Shown: positions 29,411 to 32,000 of the stretch, one piece after another
Numbering within the stretch: the first letter of the stretch is position 1
How the letters are laid out: each line of letters starts with the position of its first letter
From: Desulfocapsa sulfexigens DSM 10523
GTDB lineage: Bacteria > Desulfobacterota > Desulfobulbia > Desulfobulbales > Desulfocapsaceae
Reading direction: 5' to 3'
Assembly (NCBI RefSeq): GCF_000341395.1
Contig: NC_020304.1
Location: 300,001 to 332,000 of the forward strand
Length of the DNA: 32,000 nt
The notes under the pieces: generated by a model
Databases searched by the model: none
Told to the model about the DNA's origin: nothing
What the model saw: only the letters and a program-made list of their open reading frames with translations
Translations under genes and position numbers: made by a program

Positions 29411-29806
29411 ATGAAAATAACTCTCAAACTATTATCCCTTTTCCTGTTCAGTATCTTACTCTTCCAGGGCTGTGCCACCTCCCCCCCGCCACCAATTCAT
29501 TATCCCTCACCTCCCCCCAAACAGACCGACACTGTTTCCGCGAATTTCAGTCGCCAGGCAACAACACAGGTCAGACAGGGCAGACTTGATATTGCTGCAG
29601 CAACGCTGGAGCGGGGCCTGCGCATAGCACCCAAAGATGCCATGCTCTGGTCACAGCTGGCAGAGGTCAAACTGCAGCAAAACCAGTACCAGCAAGCCAG
29701 ATCTCTGGCTGAAAAATCCAACTCCCTGGCAGGTGGCTATCCGGGGATTATGGAGAAAAACAAACAAATAATTAAAGAGGCTTTGATACAAGCCGGTACC
29801 GATTAA
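29411..29806 (+). CDS. TPR-containing lipoprotein
   Basis: Lipobox 'LLFQGCATS', and TPR 'RLDIAAATLERGLRIAPKDAMLWSQLAEVKLQQNQYQQARSLAEKSNSL'. Confidence 0.75.
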   Translation: MKITLKLLSLFLFSILLFQGCATSPPPPIHYPSPPPKQTDTVSANFSRQATTQVRQGRLDIAAATLERGLRIAPKDAMLWSQLAEVKLQQNQYQQARSLAEKSNSLAGGYPGIMEKNKQIIKEALIQAGTD

Positions 29807-29955
29807 CACCTTGTCTGCCCAGTACTGGTGTTTAGAAAGTTCACTCCCCACCAGAAGAGTTTGGGCTGGATTTATGCTTTTTTGTATTTTCAGGAATTGT
29901 ATACTTGACCAGGTACTTATCCAATAAAATCGAAAAACATTAAGGAACCCCAAAA

Positions 29956-30417
29956 ATGCGAATTATTACTTTTATCTTTTTTGTTTTGTTTGCTTTTCCT
30001 GCCTTCTCAGCTGAAAATAAAACAGAACTTTCGTCTGGACAAACGCTTTATGTAGCTATTTATTCAAATGTTTTTATTGGACCGAAAGAGCACCCCTTCA
30101 ATCTAGCTGCAATGCTCAGCATAAGAAATACAGATTTATACAATCAACTCACTATCACCTCAGCAGAATACTTTGACAACAATGGCAAAATATTAAAGGA
30201 ATACGCTAAAGAACCAATACTTCTTGCTCCTCTGGCGTCACATCACTTTTCAATAAAAGAAAGAGACGAATCTGGCGGCTTTGGCGCAAACTTCATCGTC
30301 AAATGGAAAGCAACGAAAAAAATAAATCCACCAATAATCGAAAGCGTAATGATCGGAACAGGATCAGGAATCTCTTTTGTGAGTCAAAGTAAGGTAATTG
30401 ATGAAAACACTAAATAA
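29956..30417 (+). CDS. Secreted protein, DUF3124-like
   Basis: Signal peptide, 'GQTLYVAIYSNVFIGPKEHPFNLAAMLSIRNTDLYNQLTITSAEYFDNNGKIL'. Confidence 0.7.
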   Translation: MRIITFIFFVLFAFPAFSAENKTELSSGQTLYVAIYSNVFIGPKEHPFNLAAMLSIRNTDLYNQLTITSAEYFDNNGKILKEYAKEPILLAPLASHHFSIKERDESGGFGANFIVKWKATKKINPPIIESVMIGTGSGISFVSQSKVIDENTK

Positions 30418-30527
30418 AAAGCCACTTGACCTATATATGCACCAGACGCAGAGATACCATTTTTTGCTGACAAACACTGGGTACGCTAGCGATGCATAAC
30501 CTTATATTTTGTTAGAAAAACAATGTA

Positions 30528-30851
30528 ATGAAAAAAATTGATTATCGAAATCAGGCGTTAAAAATCCTACCGTGGATCTGTGGTAACTGTGGCCGTGATT
30601 TTTCAGGAAAAAAACTCAGAGAGTTGACGGTCCATCACAAAGATCATAATCATAAAAATAATCCCCCTGACGGAAGCAACTGGGAACTATTGTGTCTCTA
30701 TTGTCATGACAACGAGCACTCCCGTATCTTGGATTCCGAATGGCTGCCAAGCCACAATTCTGACAACGACCGAAGCCCAGCTGCATACAATACTCCTTTT
30801 AAAAACCTCAATAAACTTGTATCTGACAAGAAAAACAACGAACCAGAATAG
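30528..30851 (+). CDS. yajD: HNH nuclease family protein, YajD-like
   Basis: 'YRNQALKILPWICGNCGRDFSGKKLRELTVHHKDHNHKNNPPDGSNWELLCLYCHDNEHS' is the YajD/HNH signature with two CxxC pairs. Confidence 0.85.
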   Translation: MKKIDYRNQALKILPWICGNCGRDFSGKKLRELTVHHKDHNHKNNPPDGSNWELLCLYCHDNEHSRILDSEWLPSHNSDNDRSPAAYNTPFKNLNKLVSDKKNNEPE

Positions 30852-31085
30852 CAAAGGCAGGAAACGCAACACGGCCCCGAAACTGCATTGGGTCGGTTAT
30901 CTCGACTTTACAGATACTTGGTACTACAAGGAGCCAATTTCACCACTTAGTTATGTGTGCTTGACTTATTTCCCACTATTGATAGAGTAATTCATTCTTG
31001 GAAGTCTTCAGCGGTAGAGAGTTGGACATAAAAACGCAACAAAGGCCTCGCTCCTTAACCAAAAAGCACTGTAAAGAAAAACCAA

Positions 31086-31450
31086 ATGAGAACAATTAAT
31101 ATAGCAACTTTTTTCATGGCTATTCTATTGCTGAGTGTCAACGCATCTGCCCAACCTTCAGGAGAGGAGAGGCAGGGGAATTCGTAATTCATAATCAATC
31201 AGAAAAAATCGTAGTCGGATTTTATACCAATGATGGGAATGGATGGAGCTCGAACTGGCTTTCAGAAGAGCTTGCCCCGGACCAAGCCGCTACGGCTGAA
31301 TTTGCAGATGACATGGGAGCTTGTGACCAGATACTGCAAGTGGGATGGCTTGGTGAGGATGGCAGTGAAATTCTTGACGATCCAATCAGTATAGATATTT
31401 GCAAAACGTCTAATGTTTATGTTTCAGACAATGAAATATACTATGACTGA
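31086..31450 (+). pseudogene. Secreted small protein with an apparent single-base frameshift
   Basis: ORF 31086-31187 encodes signal peptide 'MRTINIATFFMAILLLSVNASAQPSGEERQGNS*'. The alternative frame continues 'GEFVIHNQSEKIVVGFYTNDGNGWSSNWLSEELAPDQ...CDQILQVGWLGEDGSEILDDPISIDICKTSNVYVSDNEIYYD*' to 31450. Confidence 0.6.
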
Positions 31451-31573
31451 CAGATAAGAGATTGAAGGCCATCTCACTCTCGCGGCCTGCCTGGAGCGAA
31501 CATCGGGGATAATTCATTGTTTTTTTTTAAGTTCTATAGAAACATAGCAGACAGAGATATCAAATACGATTAG

Positions 31574-31650
31574 ACTGAGAAAAGCCAACCCGTCGTTAAA
31601 GACAGGAAGGAGAGCCACTGGCCTTCTGTTATATAGATAGCCGGGTTGCC
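31574..31650 (+). promoter_or_regulatory. Candidate GEMM-I (c-di-GMP-I)-like riboswitch aptamer, divergent
   Basis: 'AGCCAACCCGUCGUUAAAGACAGGAAGGAGAGCCACUGGCCUUCUG...UAGAUAGCCGGGUUGCC' resembles 'GGCAAACC-stem-GGGACGCAAAGCC-xCxGGxCU...GxAxGCCGGGUUGCC'. It is followed immediately by a terminator overlapping the 3' strand. Confidence 0.4.
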
Positions 31651-31677
31651 TTAAATGAGGTGGCCCGGCTTTTTTTG
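31639..31677 (+). terminator. Rho-independent terminator
   Basis: AGCCGGGTTGCC / GGTGGCCCGGCT stem (12 pairs including 3 G-U), 8-nt loop TTAAATGA, followed by TTTTTTG. Confidence 0.85.
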
Positions 31678-31766
31678 TTCAGTTCATGGCTATAGTTGTG
31701 GACAGACTCTTATAATGGCATAATTGGATCCGACCACATAACTCATCAGCCAAGGAAACAAAAAAA

Positions 31767-31970
31767 ATGCCTTTTGTTAATATCAAAATCACAAATGAAG
31801 ATGTTACTCCTGAAAAGAAAGCTGAATTAATAAAAGGGGCAACTGAATTATTAAAAAATGTGCTTGGAAAAAATCCGGCAACCACAGTTGTTGTAATTGA
31901 AGAGATAGATACAGACAATTGGGGGATCGGTGGGGAAACTGTCACCCAAAGAAGAAAAAACGGAAAATGA
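31767..31970 (+). CDS. 4-oxalocrotonate tautomerase family protein
   Basis: 67-aa 'MPFVNIKITNEDVTPEKKAELIKGATELLKNVLGKNPATTVVVIEEIDTDNWGIGGETVTQRR', with catalytic Pro after Met. Confidence 0.92.
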   Translation: MPFVNIKITNEDVTPEKKAELIKGATELLKNVLGKNPATTVVVIEEIDTDNWGIGGETVTQRRKNGK

Positions 31971-32000
31971 AAACTGTTTTCATAACCAGAACTTCATATT

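Noticed and set aside
30706-30990. 94-aa ORF overlapping the 3' end of the YajD-like gene
   Set aside because: It overlaps the well-supported HNH frame by ~145 nt and shows no recognisable domain.

Overview
The window most likely comes from a Deltaproteobacterium or Desulfobacterota (my inference from gene content). It opens inside a Tad/Flp (type IVb) pilus operon on the + strand: a 3' gene end, a small TadE/Flp-like pseudopilin, CpaB/RcpC, CpaC secretin, an FHA-CpaF/TadA fusion ATPase, TadB, TadC, a DUF192 protein, a TadD-like TPR protein, a TadE-like protein, and then a PilZ-domain protein. Next come minus-strand genes for a DUF2207 membrane protein and a DUF3482 GTPase/DUF2868 membrane pair. 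These are followed by an EamA transporter, an MBL-fold hydrolase, a broken RluA-type pseudouridine synthase, a methyl-accepting chemotaxis protein with a periplasmic CxxCH motif, two PAS-rich histidine kinases, a Ca2+/Na+ antiporter, PBP1B, a TPR lipoprotein, a DUF3124-like protein, a YajD-like HNH protein and a 4-oxalocrotonate tautomerase-like protein. The most unusual signal is a ~280-residue array of imperfect 'KDGxVRTxDGxxL' repeats inside CpaB. Other noteworthy signals are the FHA-CpaF fusion, a candidate (divergent) GEMM-I/c-di-GMP-I-like riboswitch with a terminator near 31.6 kb, a probable truncated group II intron RNA remnant near 25.5 kb, a split and truncated RluA gene, a one-base homopolymer frameshift candidate near 31.17 kb, a 12-bp perfect inverted repeat in the divergent 14.7 kb intergenic region, and adjacent kinases sharing a Cys-containing PAS domain. 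I found no CRISPR array, rRNA or tRNA. All assignments come from reading the sequence; no database search was run.
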